A stretch of 51,216 nt of DNA from Candidatus Methanophagales archaeon (GTDB lineage: Archaea > Halobacteriota > Syntropharchaeia > Alkanophagales > Methanospirareceae), in contig JANJFQ010000003.1 in assembly GCA_025435355.1 (NCBI GenBank), positions 1 to 51,216 on the forward strand. The letters run 5' to 3'. The notes beneath the pieces were generated by a model, which was given only the letters and a program-made list of their open reading frames with translations, was not told the DNA's origin and made no database searches. This document shows positions 38,832-48,585 of this stretch, one piece after another (within the stretch, counting starts at the first letter, position 1; the number at the start of each line of letters is the position of its first letter). Position numbers and translations under genes: made by a program.

Positions 38832-39114
38832 TTCTTATTTATCGGACTCTGCTGCCCGCAGGCACTTCTTTATCCAGATGCAACAAAATCGGTTTTCCAT
38901 TGATGTCTACGGCTAAAATCATCCCCTACTTTCAACACCCATGAGCTTTGTAGGCTTCAGATTAGTCAAAACAGGAACAAATCCGCCAATCAAACACTCT
39001 AGATATTAAATATTTTTGCATACCGGAAAAAAATCGAAAAGCTTTTATGTACCCTATTATGAACGCATATTGAAAATAAGATTGTTGCCAAAGATGTTGT
39101 AAGGAGGTACTGCA

Positions 39115-40172
39115 TTGACCTATGATATTATAATTTCAGGAGCAGGTCCCGCAGGAAGTTCTGCTGCGATTGCTCTTTCCAAGAAGGGTTTCAAGGTTCT
39201 TCTGCTGGACAAAGAGAAGTTTCCGCGAGACAAGGCCTGCGGCGATGGATTCGGACCAAAATCATTGGCGTTGTTTGATGATCTGGGAGTCTACAAGAAG
39301 TTCGAAAAAGAAAACTTTGAAAAAAGTGAGTATGTCATTGTATCATCCCCCAATGGTCACAAGATGCGAGGTAAGGCCCCCACTGCTGATGGGCTCAGAG
39401 ATTTCGGATGGGTAATCCCCCGCAAGAAAGCAGATGCCATTCTCGTGGATCATGCCGTTGATAACGGGGCTGAGCTCGATGAATTTCGGGTTGTGGAACC
39501 CATCATAGAAAACGGCTTTGTAGTCGGCATCAAGGGGAGACATGACGGCAATCTTGTCGAAAAGAGGGGAAGAATGATCATCGCGGCTGATGGCGTCAAC
39601 TCAGCTATCGGCAGAAAGATGGGGATGAGTCTTCATCTTAGTCAGTACCGGGAACACATGGCGATAGCGGCAAGGGCGTACTTTAAGGGAGCTGAAAACT
39701 TAGAAGGCGGGATAGAAATACACTATGAAAAGCAAAACAAATCTCTCCGCTGAAGGATCTCGGAATACCCATGGGTTCCCTGATTCTACACCATCTGAAG
39801 GAACGCCCACTGTCTCATGACGGTCTGATATTCTGTGGCGACTCGACTAGCTTCGTGGACTGCCTCACAGGTGAGGGCATTTCCTATGCACTCGAGGCGG
39901 GAGGGATAATCGCTCCCGGCGTCATCGAGAAAGCCCAAAATGCTGGAATTTCCTCCAGAGAAGTGCTAAAGGAATACGAGACCCAAGTCTACGAAGCGTT
40001 CAAGGCCGACTACACAGACGGCGTCAAGCTCAGGAAACGGTTACTTTCAAGTGATTTTACTATCAACATGGCGATTAAAAAGGCTGCAAAGGATGAAAGG
40101 GTAGCGTCGTTAATGGCGGGAATAATAGTGCGCTCTGTGGAAAAAAAAGAAGCGACTGTCGTTGAAGTTTAA
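39115..40172 (+). pseudogene. Geranylgeranyl reductase-family FAD oxidoreductase, broken with internal deletion
   Basis: GAGPAGS, FPRDKACGDG, AADG..S in 39115-39753; GD...VD.LTGEGISYA in 39771-40172; middle segment missing. Confidence 0.8.
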
Positions 40173-40216
40173 CGGTTTATCCTTCCCTTGTTCTTTGTTC
40201 ATTCTTGCTAAATTTA

Positions 40217-40402
40217 TTACCTGCCGATAACACGTAATAATTCGCCCGTTTCTGTATCAAATAGCTTACCGGGACGTTTCTCAGAAGAATGCATGGCAAG
40301 GTACTCTTCCGCATCCTCTAAACGGTCAAAAGACCACTTGAACCGACGCCTACCACACCTATTTGACGTTTCCACAACGAACCGTTTTTCCTCTGTCGTC
40401 AT
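40217..40402 (-). CDS. Small hypothetical protein
   Basis: 61-aa ORF with GGAG RBS. Confidence 0.45.
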   Translation of the reverse strand: MTTEEKRFVVETSNRCGRRRFKWSFDRLEDAEEYLAMHSSEKRPGKLFDTETGELLRVIGR

Positions 40403-40500
40403 TTATAATTTACTCCAATAGGGATGCGAGTTTTATAGCTCCAGTATTCAAAGAACTTCACATACTATATAAATTTTATAATTTTTTGTGATTCTCAGTT

Positions 40501-42096
40501 TCAGGTTGTAAATCGCTTGTAAATTCTCGTTATTTTATCAGGAAGTTTTACAACATCATCTATCACAACCCATCTGCTATTGGCATACATTCGTGGCAAA
40601 TACTCAGCAGCTTTACGGTCAACAGTAATACAAAACGACTTGATACCATATCTTTGTGCTTCCTTTAATGCCATTCTCGTATCTTCAATGGCGTAATTTC
40701 CATAATAATCCTGGTCTAATGGCTTACCATCACTCAATAGAATAAGCATTTTTGTCTTTTCTTCTCTTCTTCTTAATTTAGTTGTGGTGTGCCGGATTGC
40801 AGGAGCAATTCTCGTAGTTTGTTGATTCCTCATTGCTGAAATTTTGCGTTGCACACGCGGGTCATAAGAGTCATCAAAACCTTTAATTTTATAAAAAACC
40901 ACATTATCTCTTCCATACCCGGAGAATCCGTAAATAGCAAAAGCATCGCCTAATTCTTCCAATGCTTCAGACATTAATATCAATGCTTCTTTTTCACACG
41001 TTATTGTTGAGCCGCCCGTACTACCACTCATGTCAACGAGAAATGCTACTGCTATATCCCTAATTCTTTTTTTAGTTCGTACATAGTTTCTTTCAGAAGG
41101 TGAGAGTCTTAGTCTCTTATCAATAAAATATTGAACCGCTGAATCCAGGTCAATATCATCTCCATCAAATTGACCCCTTAATTTTACTAAACCCTCTGGT
41201 CTGAGCATTTGGAATTCTCGCCTGATGCTCTTTATCACTCCTGCATGCTTCTGAATTGTGTCAAGATAGAATTCATCTGAACCACCCGCTAAAATTCGTT
41301 CTCTAATCCTCGTCCAATTTAATCTATAATCTTTAATGTCACTACCCCATTCATGATATAAATAAGTATCCTGCTCGCTTTGAAGTTCATTTTCAGCTCT
41401 AATTAACGTTTCAAGGTCTCTTAAATAATCTTTCACCTTGTTTGGCTCAAGAGCATCAATTCTTGACTCGACGTCTTTGGGTTTGATTCCTTTTTCTTTG
41501 AACAATACTCTTAACAGTTCCCTTACTGCATCTTCTGAAGTGTAATTATCTTTTTTATCATCGTTTAAAGGACTTTTGTCTGGCTCGCTATTTAGTTTCT
41601 CACTAATTTTTCGTGCTGCTCTTCCAAAATTGCCTATATTTTGATTGACCCGAGATTGGTCTAAAGGTGCTGAAAAAGGATTCATCGGTAGATAGGGCTC
41701 TTGAAAATTGTCAGCTATCAAAAAATATAATTCAACAGTAACCCTTGCTGTTTCGTGGACATCTGCATCCGGAGAAGATAAAGTTCGGGTTATTGATAAA
41801 GCTTGAGCAAGAGTTTGCAGAAAATTTTCCGGAACTTGTTCTTTTGTTCTTCCGGCAGTTAACCGCTGCGCTATAATCTCTACTGCTCTTTGTTTATCAT
41901 TAGCTAATTCATCAAGAAAAGGCCTTTTAGAAACCATGTAAACGTTCATTTCTGCTATTTGTTCACCAAGAGCAGGATATTCTGCCTGCAGCCGTGAATT
42001 GATTCTATGATCTTCAAGTATGGTTATGAGATCCTTCGCTAACGCAGGCTCAGGAAAGAGTTCATAAAATTTTTCTATGTCGCTAATGCCGGTCAT
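40501..42096 (-). CDS. NorD/CbbO-like VWA protein (C-terminal half)
   Basis: Y.EW......YR..W, DGDDIDLD, MIDAS VDMSGS, TR...AIRH, LSDGKP.D, YAIEDTR.A. Confidence 0.9.
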   Translation of the reverse strand: MTGISDIEKFYELFPEPALAKDLITILEDHRINSRLQAEYPALGEQIAEMNVYMVSKRPFLDELANDKQRAVEIIAQRLTAGRTKEQVPENFLQTLAQALSITRTLSSPDADVHETARVTVELYFLIADNFQEPYLPMNPFSAPLDQSRVNQNIGNFGRAARKISEKLNSEPDKSPLNDDKKDNYTSEDAVRELLRVLFKEKGIKPKDVESRIDALEPNKVKDYLRDLETLIRAENELQSEQDTYLYHEWGSDIKDYRLNWTRIRERILAGGSDEFYLDTIQKHAGVIKSIRREFQMLRPEGLVKLRGQFDGDDIDLDSAVQYFIDKRLRLSPSERNYVRTKKRIRDIAVAFLVDMSGSTGGSTITCEKEALILMSEALEELGDAFAIYGFSGYGRDNVVFYKIKGFDDSYDPRVQRKISAMRNQQTTRIAPAIRHTTTKLRRREEKTKMLILLSDGKPLDQDYYGNYAIEDTRMALKEAQRYGIKSFCITVDRKAAEYLPRMYANSRWVVIDDVVKLPDKITRIYKRFTT

Positions 42097-42237
42097 TTAC
42101 GCTCACTATATTTGCCTCATTGGTATTCGGTTAAGAGTGTTTGCGCTCTTATATTTATATTTGTATCTATTCAGGTTTTTTAAAGTTGTTTACCAAGGAA
42201 GAAATACTTTTAAATTTATTATGATGCAAGGAAAGAA

Positions 42238-42444
42238 TTGGATTTCGTTTACCAGCGTGAAAATAGCGAATATCACGGAATAGAGGTGAAATACAAGCCG
42301 AAAGTGTCATTTACGGATGTCGCCTCCATTAACATGCCAAAGCTGATATTGAGCAAAAAAGAGTTTGATACAAAGGGGGATATTGCAATTGTTCCTGCTT
42401 ACGTTTTTCTGTGCTTGCTGGAAAGTTCTGTGAAGAATTTGTAA
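42238..42444 (+). pseudogene. C-terminal remnant of an ATP-binding (DUF4143-type) protein
   Basis: KELDFV...GIEVKY...IVPAYVFL with no N-terminus. Confidence 0.55.
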
Positions 42445-42449
42445 GCGTT

Positions 42450-42646
42450 AAAAGGGTTAGGCGGTCGGCGAGCGAGTGAGGAGTGGTCATAAGCGTGGAT
42501 TTGCGGCATCGCGAAAATATTTCAGGGAGCTTATTAGGATAAGTTCTATGGGGCTATGAAAGAGCGGTTTAGGTATGCGAGGGCGTATTCGCCCACCGCG
42601 ACTCGTAAAGGATGTGCGGAGGTTTATTTATGTGGTTGGGAAAGGT
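42450..42646 (+). pseudogene. Degraded, internally deleted second copy of rlmE
   Basis: Matches rlmE at 7074-7703: GVVISVDL.H joined to AKIFQGAY*DKFY.A..E.FRY.RAYSP.A.RK..AEVY. Confidence 0.85.
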
Positions 42647-42781
42647 TACAAAGGATTGGTTATGCAAGATTATTCCTAAGTTTCGACTCCTATCAAGACG
42701 TAAAAGTAAAAGTCCATGTCGAAGCTTAGATATAAAGATGACGAACTTGTGGGAATTACCATATTGGAGGCTTCTAAGTGG

Positions 42782-44377
42782 TCATTTAATACCTTCACGC
42801 TCACCATACTTCGCCTTTATTTTATCAGCGACATCCTGAACTCTCCTCAGCTCAAAATCAAAACTGCCATATTCCAAATGAGCTTCTTCATGTGTCGCCA
42901 AAACTTTGTACATAATGAAATTTTTAGCTTCTTCTTTGAAATCTTTAACTCTTCCCGGAAGAAAGATTCGCTCACCGTCGGTTGTGGCTCCCTGTGCTTC
43001 CACAATCTCGATTCTGTAACCTAATAATGCATTCAGATAATGTAACAAAACAGGTTTTACGCGCTTCAGCTCAAGACCATCTGTGATAGAATCAAAAAAA
43101 TCTGCATATTCAGAAGACTCGCCTTTCACAAAAGACGTTGCTTTCTCTTCCCCTTCCATCTTTGCTATTTCTGAAGCCTGGTGAGCTACCTTCTCCAAAC
43201 CTTCATAATCCGCTCTACCGATGAGGTCTGGACTCTCCTCAAGCAAACTAACCGCAGTTCGCACGCTATACCTGGCAACTCGACTACTAAGTCCATAAAC
43301 ATCCTTAACTAACTCTTTATCTCCATACCTCAACAATCTATCAATGAGTGCCGGACTCAGCCCAAGCAACCTGACAGCAGTTCTCCAATTATAATCCCTG
43401 GCGACCTGACTACAAAAACCATAAACAGTTGTAACTAATTCTTTATCCCCATATCCCAGCAATCTATCAATGAGTGCTGGACACTCATCAAGCAACTTAG
43501 CGGCAATAAATCTATCATCTTTGTCGACCTGAGTACAAAGACCGGCAACCTCCTCTAAAACATCATATCCAACTTTATCTATGAGTGCTGGACTCATCTC
43601 AAGCAACCGGGCAGCAACAAAACTATCTTCCTGAGCGACCTGAGTACAAAGACCGGCAACCTCCTCTAAAACATCATATCCAACTTTATCTATGAGTGCT
43701 GGACTCAGCCCAAGCAACCTAACCGCAGTTCTCCCACTATAGTTAGCAACCTGACTACTAAGTCTTGCAATCTTCTCTAAACCTTCATATCCTACTCTAT
43801 CTATGAGTGCTGGGCTCATCTCGAGCAATCTAGCAGCAATAAATCTACGATCGTTTGGGACCTGAGTACAAAGACTGGCAATCTTCTCTAAACCTTCATA
43901 GCCTACTCTATCAACGAGATCTGGACATATCCCAAGCAACTTAGCAGCGACAAAACTATCTTCCTGGACTACCAGAGTACAAAGACCGGCAATCTTCTCT
44001 AAACCTTCATAGCCTACTCTATCTATGAGTATTAGACTCATCTCAAGCAACCGGGCAGCAGTTCCTCCACTATACCTGGCGACCGGACTACAAAGACCAT
44101 AAACATTAAGAACTAATTCTTTATCGCCATAGTTTAGCAATCTATCTATGAGCTCAGGGCTCATCTCAAGCAAACTAACCGCAGTTCGCACACTATGATC
44201 TTTGGCGATCTGGCTACAAAGACCAACAACCTTCTCTAAACCTTCATATCCAATTCTGTCGAGCAAAGGATATAATTCGCCAACTAATTTCTCAAGAACT
44301 TCACCTTCGTAATACTCATTAAGTAGTTTCCTTATTTTTCGCACTCCAAAAGCCCTCTTGATAGAAATCCATGCCAT
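42782..44377 (-). CDS. Tandem helical-repeat protein fused to NorD/CbbO-type N-terminal segment with HExxH
   Basis: About 10 repeats of 37-42 aa, then TDGERIFLP...YKVLATHEEAHLEYGSF. Confidence 0.8.
   Translation of the reverse strand: MAWISIKRAFGVRKIRKLLNEYYEGEVLEKLVGELYPLLDRIGYEGLEKVVGLCSQIAKDHSVRTAVSLLEMSPELIDRLLNYGDKELVLNVYGLCSPVARYSGGTAARLLEMSLILIDRVGYEGLEKIAGLCTLVVQEDSFVAAKLLGICPDLVDRVGYEGLEKIASLCTQVPNDRRFIAARLLEMSPALIDRVGYEGLEKIARLSSQVANYSGRTAVRLLGLSPALIDKVGYDVLEEVAGLCTQVAQEDSFVAARLLEMSPALIDKVGYDVLEEVAGLCTQVDKDDRFIAAKLLDECPALIDRLLGYGDKELVTTVYGFCSQVARDYNWRTAVRLLGLSPALIDRLLRYGDKELVKDVYGLSSRVARYSVRTAVSLLEESPDLIGRADYEGLEKVAHQASEIAKMEGEEKATSFVKGESSEYADFFDSITDGLELKRVKPVLLHYLNALLGYRIEIVEAQGATTDGERIFLPGRVKDFKEEAKNFIMYKVLATHEEAHLEYGSFDFELRRVQDVADKIKAKYGEREGIK
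43160..44266 (-). repeat. Intragenic tandem repeat array, 111-126 bp units (9 full + 1 partial)
   Basis: About 70 bp identical at 43526-43596 and 43637-43707 (111-bp period); protein unit LIDRVGYEGLEKIAGLCTQV.....AARLLEMSPA. Confidence 0.9.
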
Positions 44378-44390
44378 TTTCTGTCAGCAG

Positions 44391-45221
44391 TTACACGTTA
44401 AAGTAATTTTTGAGGATTTCTTCTATGCTTCTTTTGAGGTCACTATCGTGAGTTAAAGGCTCTGTCATAGTTGAATATAGCGCATCTCTCATTGGTACCC
44501 CACTTTTTAGCAAGGTGGCAGCATAAACAAGTTCTCTGGTAGAAACACCTTCTTCGAGCCCTTGTTGAATAAGGTTTCTTATTTTATTCGCAGCTTTTAC
44601 CAACCTTTTTGCAGTATCTTGTTCAACACCCGTCTCTTGATGCACAATTTGAGTTTCTAAGCCTTCACCTGGCCATCCGAGCGCGATGCTTACAAACCTC
44701 TGTCTTGTACTTTGTTTCAATTCTTTTAAGACACTCTGGTAACCCGGATTATAACTAATTACCAGCATAAAGTCATCTGGAGCATAGAACATCTTTCCTA
44801 ACTTCTCAACCAGCAAATATCTCCTATGATCCGTTAATGGATGAATGACGACAGTTGTATCTTTTCTTGCTTCCACGACTTCATCCAGATAAACGATTCC
44901 ACCATTTTTTACAGCCATAAGAAGAGGACCATCAATCCACTCAACATCGTCTCCTTTAATGATATACCTTCCGGTTAAGTCATTTCCACTTAAATCATCA
45001 TGACAAGCAACAGTATAGAGCGGGCAACCTAACTTCCAGGCCATATGCTCAACTAATCTTGTTTTACCACTTCCCGTAGGTCCCTTCAGCATAACCGGAA
45101 GTTTATTCATATAGGCAGCTTCAAATAGCGCAACCTCGTTCCCTTGCGGTAAATAAAAAGGCTCCTCTTTTATTTCAAAGCTACCATCTTCATATAATCT
45201 TGAGTCCAATCTCTCTAACAT
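44391..45221 (-). CDS. MoxR AAA+ ATPase, CbbQ/NirQ/NorQ family
   Basis: [74 protein letters not shown]. Confidence 0.93.
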   Translation of the reverse strand: MLERLDSRLYEDGSFEIKEEPFYLPQGNEVALFEAAYMNKLPVMLKGPTGSGKTRLVEHMAWKLGCPLYTVACHDDLSGNDLTGRYIIKGDDVEWIDGPLLMAVKNGGIVYLDEVVEARKDTTVVIHPLTDHRRYLLVEKLGKMFYAPDDFMLVISYNPGYQSVLKELKQSTRQRFVSIALGWPGEGLETQIVHQETGVEQDTAKRLVKAANKIRNLIQQGLEEGVSTRELVYAATLLKSGVPMRDALYSTMTEPLTHDSDLKRSIEEILKNYFNV

Positions 45222-45313
45222 TTATACTCACTTAACAGTGACTACAATAATTCATATTCATTTAAATCTTTCGTATTTGACGATATGAAAAACCCTTTTT
45301 TGTTTAGCGCCTT

Positions 45314-45721
45314 TTATAATACCACGAGATTACTCCGTTGAAAGGATTTTGTTATAATCGAGCTGTGCATCCTCTTTCTTATCTGGATCCAGCAGGAGCC
45401 CAGCCCCAAGCTCTGACTGGTAAGTTGTAAGATTATGGAAGTGATGGAGCAGTCCCCGATCCAGACGTCCGACTCGTTCTCGTCGGCGCAGACCACCACT
45501 CCCAAGCTTGACCCCTTCACGAAGCTCGAGCCGCTGGTCTTGGCCCGGGAGAGCTCTTCCAATTTGGCTCTGTCAGTAATGAAGAGAAACCGCCAGGGCC
45601 TGAAATTGCGAGAAGAGGGAGAGCGGAGGGGCGCTTCCTCCAACAGCTCGATGAACTCGGGCTCGATTTCTTTATCCTTGTATTTTCTGACACTCCGTCG
45701 CTTTCTCAGTATATCAAGCAT
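45314..45721 (-). pseudogene. Nitroreductase family protein, C-terminally truncated
   Basis: RRSVRKY, PSSRN.RPW, LGLGSCW; typical C-terminal GYP segment missing. Confidence 0.7.
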
Positions 45722-45825
45722 AATCTTCCTCCACGTCTTCCTATGTTTTGCTGTAAAATAAATTCATATCCTGGTCGTTTTGAGGAGTATATTCGCGGGC
45801 AACTCCATCCTCTTATTACCTAATT

Positions 45826-45981
45826 TTATTCTAAACGATACACTTCCCCGATTTGCAACGGCACAACCCTGATATCCGCTCGCGCTTCTACTTCGTTCTT
45901 GAATTCTTCTGGATCCGCTTCGTACCGATGCATGGAGATGACAACTTTTGGTTTGATTGTTAGTGCAGCCTCAACAGCCTC
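45826..45981 (-). pseudogene. C-terminal remnant of an MBL-fold metal-dependent hydrolase
   Basis: EAVEAALTIKPKVVISMH...DPEEFK...VVPLQIGE*. Confidence 0.6.
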
Positions 45982-46128
45982 CAAAAGAAATTACGCACAA
46001 CAGGGTATATTCGAACTTGAGTTCGCATATCCTTCCATTTTGGCATTATACCGAACTTACTCCATATACATCCCTTCAGTTTCCCGCTCATTTTTTTAGT
46101 ACCTGAATTTTGTAATAGACGCAGATAC

Positions 46129-46791
46129 TCAAATAACGGTTCTTTGAGCTACATAGGCGTAGTAAAGATCGTCAATATCTTCCTGTCCACTCCACACTAA
46201 AAATTTAAACTCCTTCAACTTGTCAAAGCCGCAACCTTGTAAAAGTCTTTCGATGTATCTATTGCTGTGCATGAATACCGTTACGCCCCAGTCGCTTTGG
46301 ATCTCTGAATAACCTTGCGGGTTGTGACTGACCGCCTTTTCTTCTTTTTCCGGGGTTTGTGCTAAAACAGTGAAGGCGAAGATTCCTCCTGGTTTGATAA
46401 TCCGGGAAACCTCTTTAAACATCGGTTCCAAGTTGCCAAAGAAATGAAAAACGCCGCAGGAAATCACATGGTCGAAGAAGCCGTCGGAATAAGGCAGCGG
46501 CGTATTCCGCAGGTCGAACTGTTTGAGGTCCTTTGCGAAATCTTTCGACTTGCAGATTTTCAACATTTCAATAGACCCGTCGATTCCGAATACTTCCAAG
46601 CCCGCTCTGGCAAATGGTAGGGAGCCAAGCCCTGTACCTATTCCGAGATCAAGCAGGCGCTCATGAGGATTCACATATTCAAAGTTCAGACCGAACAGCG
46701 CTTCATGGGCGAAACACTTGTATTCACGGACTTGCTGATCGTATTCAGCAGCGCATTCATCGTGTCCGCGAATAATATCGTTCTTTTTCAT
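46129..46791 (-). CDS. Class I SAM-dependent methyltransferase
   Basis: LDLGIGTG, GIDGS.EML, FD.V.S.GV, R..KPGG. Confidence 0.9.
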   Translation of the reverse strand: MKKNDIIRGHDECAAEYDQQVREYKCFAHEALFGLNFEYVNPHERLLDLGIGTGLGSLPFARAGLEVFGIDGSIEMLKICKSKDFAKDLKQFDLRNTPLPYSDGFFDHVISCGVFHFFGNLEPMFKEVSRIIKPGGIFAFTVLAQTPEKEEKAVSHNPQGYSEIQSDWGVTVFMHSNRYIERLLQGCGFDKLKEFKFLVWSGQEDIDDLYYAYVAQRTVI

Positions 46792-46915
46792 TTTTTCTGT
46801 CTCCTTTAGTTTATGAATATTGCACGGTCTTTAAAAAAAATTCCATTAATCGCCCATAGTTCACGATTTCATATTAACGTTTATATTAAATTACTTTCAA
46901 ATTCATAGAAGCATC

Positions 46916-47073
46916 GCCTACGTTACTTTGGAGACGAAGATCGCTGGTCTATAGCATTTTACACATATAGCCACGAGAAGTATGAGCCTTGCGTTTTCAA
47001 CAACGGGAGTTTTCATGGTACACCCGAGGAGGCCTTTGAAAGTTCCGCAGTATACTTGCAAGATTCTCCATGA
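46916..47073 (+). pseudogene. C-terminal fragment of a conserved hypothetical protein
   Basis: RLRYFGDEDRWSIAFYTYSHEKYEPCVF...GTPEEAF...YL* with no start. Confidence 0.45.
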
Positions 47074-47139
47074 TTTTAGATATTACAAACAATTTTGTAC
47101 CACAAACCTTTATATAGTGCAAACTACATTGCATTAATT

Positions 47140-47751
47140 ATGATAGAAAAAATCAATTTGAAAGAAATCGAGAAAAAGGCATGGACATCTACTTTTGAGG
47201 ATGGAATTACTGACATTGGAATAGGTCTCATATTAGTTGTATCGACGATCTGCCAGATGTTTGATGATGTTCGTTTTTATCTGTATGCATTATTCATAGT
47301 ACCGGCACTGTTTATCACTGCAGCGAAAAAATACATTACAACTCCCAGGATAGGGCTTGTCAAATTCAGCAGGGAGCGCAACAAAAAAAGATATATGCTT
47401 TTCTTGGTCATGACAACAGCAATTGTTTTTCTGCTAATACTAACAACAAAAGGATTGCTTCAAAAATTACCAATGACACCACTAATAGTCGGATCGATAG
47501 TATTCATTATCTGCAGTTCAATTGCATATTTTTTGAATTTCAACAGGATGTACATCTATGCTGTCCTGTTTACTTTATCCTTTGCACTTAATGAGATAAC
47601 AATAGCTAATACAGGAGTCATTGCAAGTGGTGCATACGCCTGGTTGATTTCAGCAATAATATTGATAGTGATAGGGTTTGTGTATTTGGTTAGATTCCTG
47701 AAGAAATATCCACTGCCGGTAAAGGAGGTGTCCGATGTCAGCCACAATTAA
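47140..47751 (+). CDS. Hypothetical membrane protein
   Basis: INLKEIE.KA...F.DG, ...PRIG.VKF, RFL.KYP; 6-7 TM. Confidence 0.75.
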   Translation: MIEKINLKEIEKKAWTSTFEDGITDIGIGLILVVSTICQMFDDVRFYLYALFIVPALFITAAKKYITTPRIGLVKFSRERNKKRYMLFLVMTTAIVFLLILTTKGLLQKLPMTPLIVGSIVFIICSSIAYFLNFNRMYIYAVLFTLSFALNEITIANTGVIASGAYAWLISAIILIVIGFVYLVRFLKKYPLPVKEVSDVSHN

Positions 47752-48208
47752 TCTGAAAGAGATAGAGCAAAAAGCATATCGTGATTCCCAGCAGGACGGC
47801 TTGATGGAAATCATGATGGGACTAATCCTTATGGCTTTTGGCGGCTTTTTCTATTCTACCGTTTTTGTATTCTACATTTTATTGATTTTATTTTCCGGAA
47901 GGATTGTTGAGTTCTTTCGAAAACGGTATATCTATCCCAGAATTGGGTTCGTCAAGTTCCGTCAGGAAAACCCAAAGGCGGTCTTGACTGGCGTCCTTCT
48001 TTTCGAGTTCGCAGTTATCGTGATCATATTCACTCTGATCTCTTTATTTGGTGACGTGAAGGAGTATTCCCAATGGGTGAAGTGGTCGCCATTGATTTAT
48101 CTGGTTTTCATGGGTGGATTCCTATTCCTTTGTGGGTTGGTCATCTTCACCCGTTTTATGAGCAAGTATCCGCTTCTCCCAGAGGAGGTCTCCCGTGTCA
48201 TCAAGTAA
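47735..48208 (+). CDS. Paralogous hypothetical membrane protein (shorter, possibly internally deleted)
   Basis: Same INLKEIE.KA..DG, PRIG.VKF, RF..KYP motifs as the upstream gene. Confidence 0.7.
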   Translation: MSATINLKEIEQKAYRDSQQDGLMEIMMGLILMAFGGFFYSTVFVFYILLILFSGRIVEFFRKRYIYPRIGFVKFRQENPKAVLTGVLLFEFAVIVIIFTLISLFGDVKEYSQWVKWSPLIYLVFMGGFLFLCGLVIFTRFMSKYPLLPEEVSRVIK

Positions 48209-48530
48209 GAACGCACCAAGCGAAGACCTTCAGTCCATCGCGGGAATTGACCGGCTGATCCACGAACCTGCCAGACTGATGATCATGGCATACCTCTATG
48301 TCGTAGAGAGCGCAGACTTCCTCTTCTTGATGCACCAGACCGGGCTGACACACGGCAACCTATCCTCACACATGAGCAAGCTGGAAGCTGCGGGCTACAT
48401 CGAGGTAGTGAAGGAGTTTGTGACCAAGAAGCCACATACTATGCTCCGCCTCACAGACAAAGGGCGAACTGCTTTTCGGGCGTACCGGCAGAGCATGATG
48501 CAGGTGCTTGATGACTTGTCTGACAAGTAA
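48195..48530 (+). CDS. Winged-helix transcriptional regulator (ArsR/MarR-like, HTH_34)
   Basis: IH.PARL.IM, T.GNLS.H..KLE.AGY, LT.KGR.AF. Confidence 0.9.
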   Translation: MSSSKNAPSEDLQSIAGIDRLIHEPARLMIMAYLYVVESADFLFLMHQTGLTHGNLSSHMSKLEAAGYIEVVKEFVTKKPHTMLRLTDKGRTAFRAYRQSMMQVLDDLSDK

Positions 48531-48585
48531 TAATGAGAGAAGTGGATAAAAAAATAGAAAGGGGATAAAAAAAATATAAACACCC

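Noticed and set aside
38826-38945. Short minus-strand peptide MILAVDINGKPILLHLDKEVPAGSRVR
   Set aside because: Too short and unassignable; probably another gene scrap.
42530-42540. In-frame TAG as possible pyrrolysine readthrough
   Set aside because: It lies in a start-less, deleted and frameshifted rlmE remnant, so it is simple decay.
43160-44266. Possible CRISPR array
   Set aside because: Repeats are in-frame 111-126 bp coding units with no constant repeat/unique spacer structure, and there are no cas genes.
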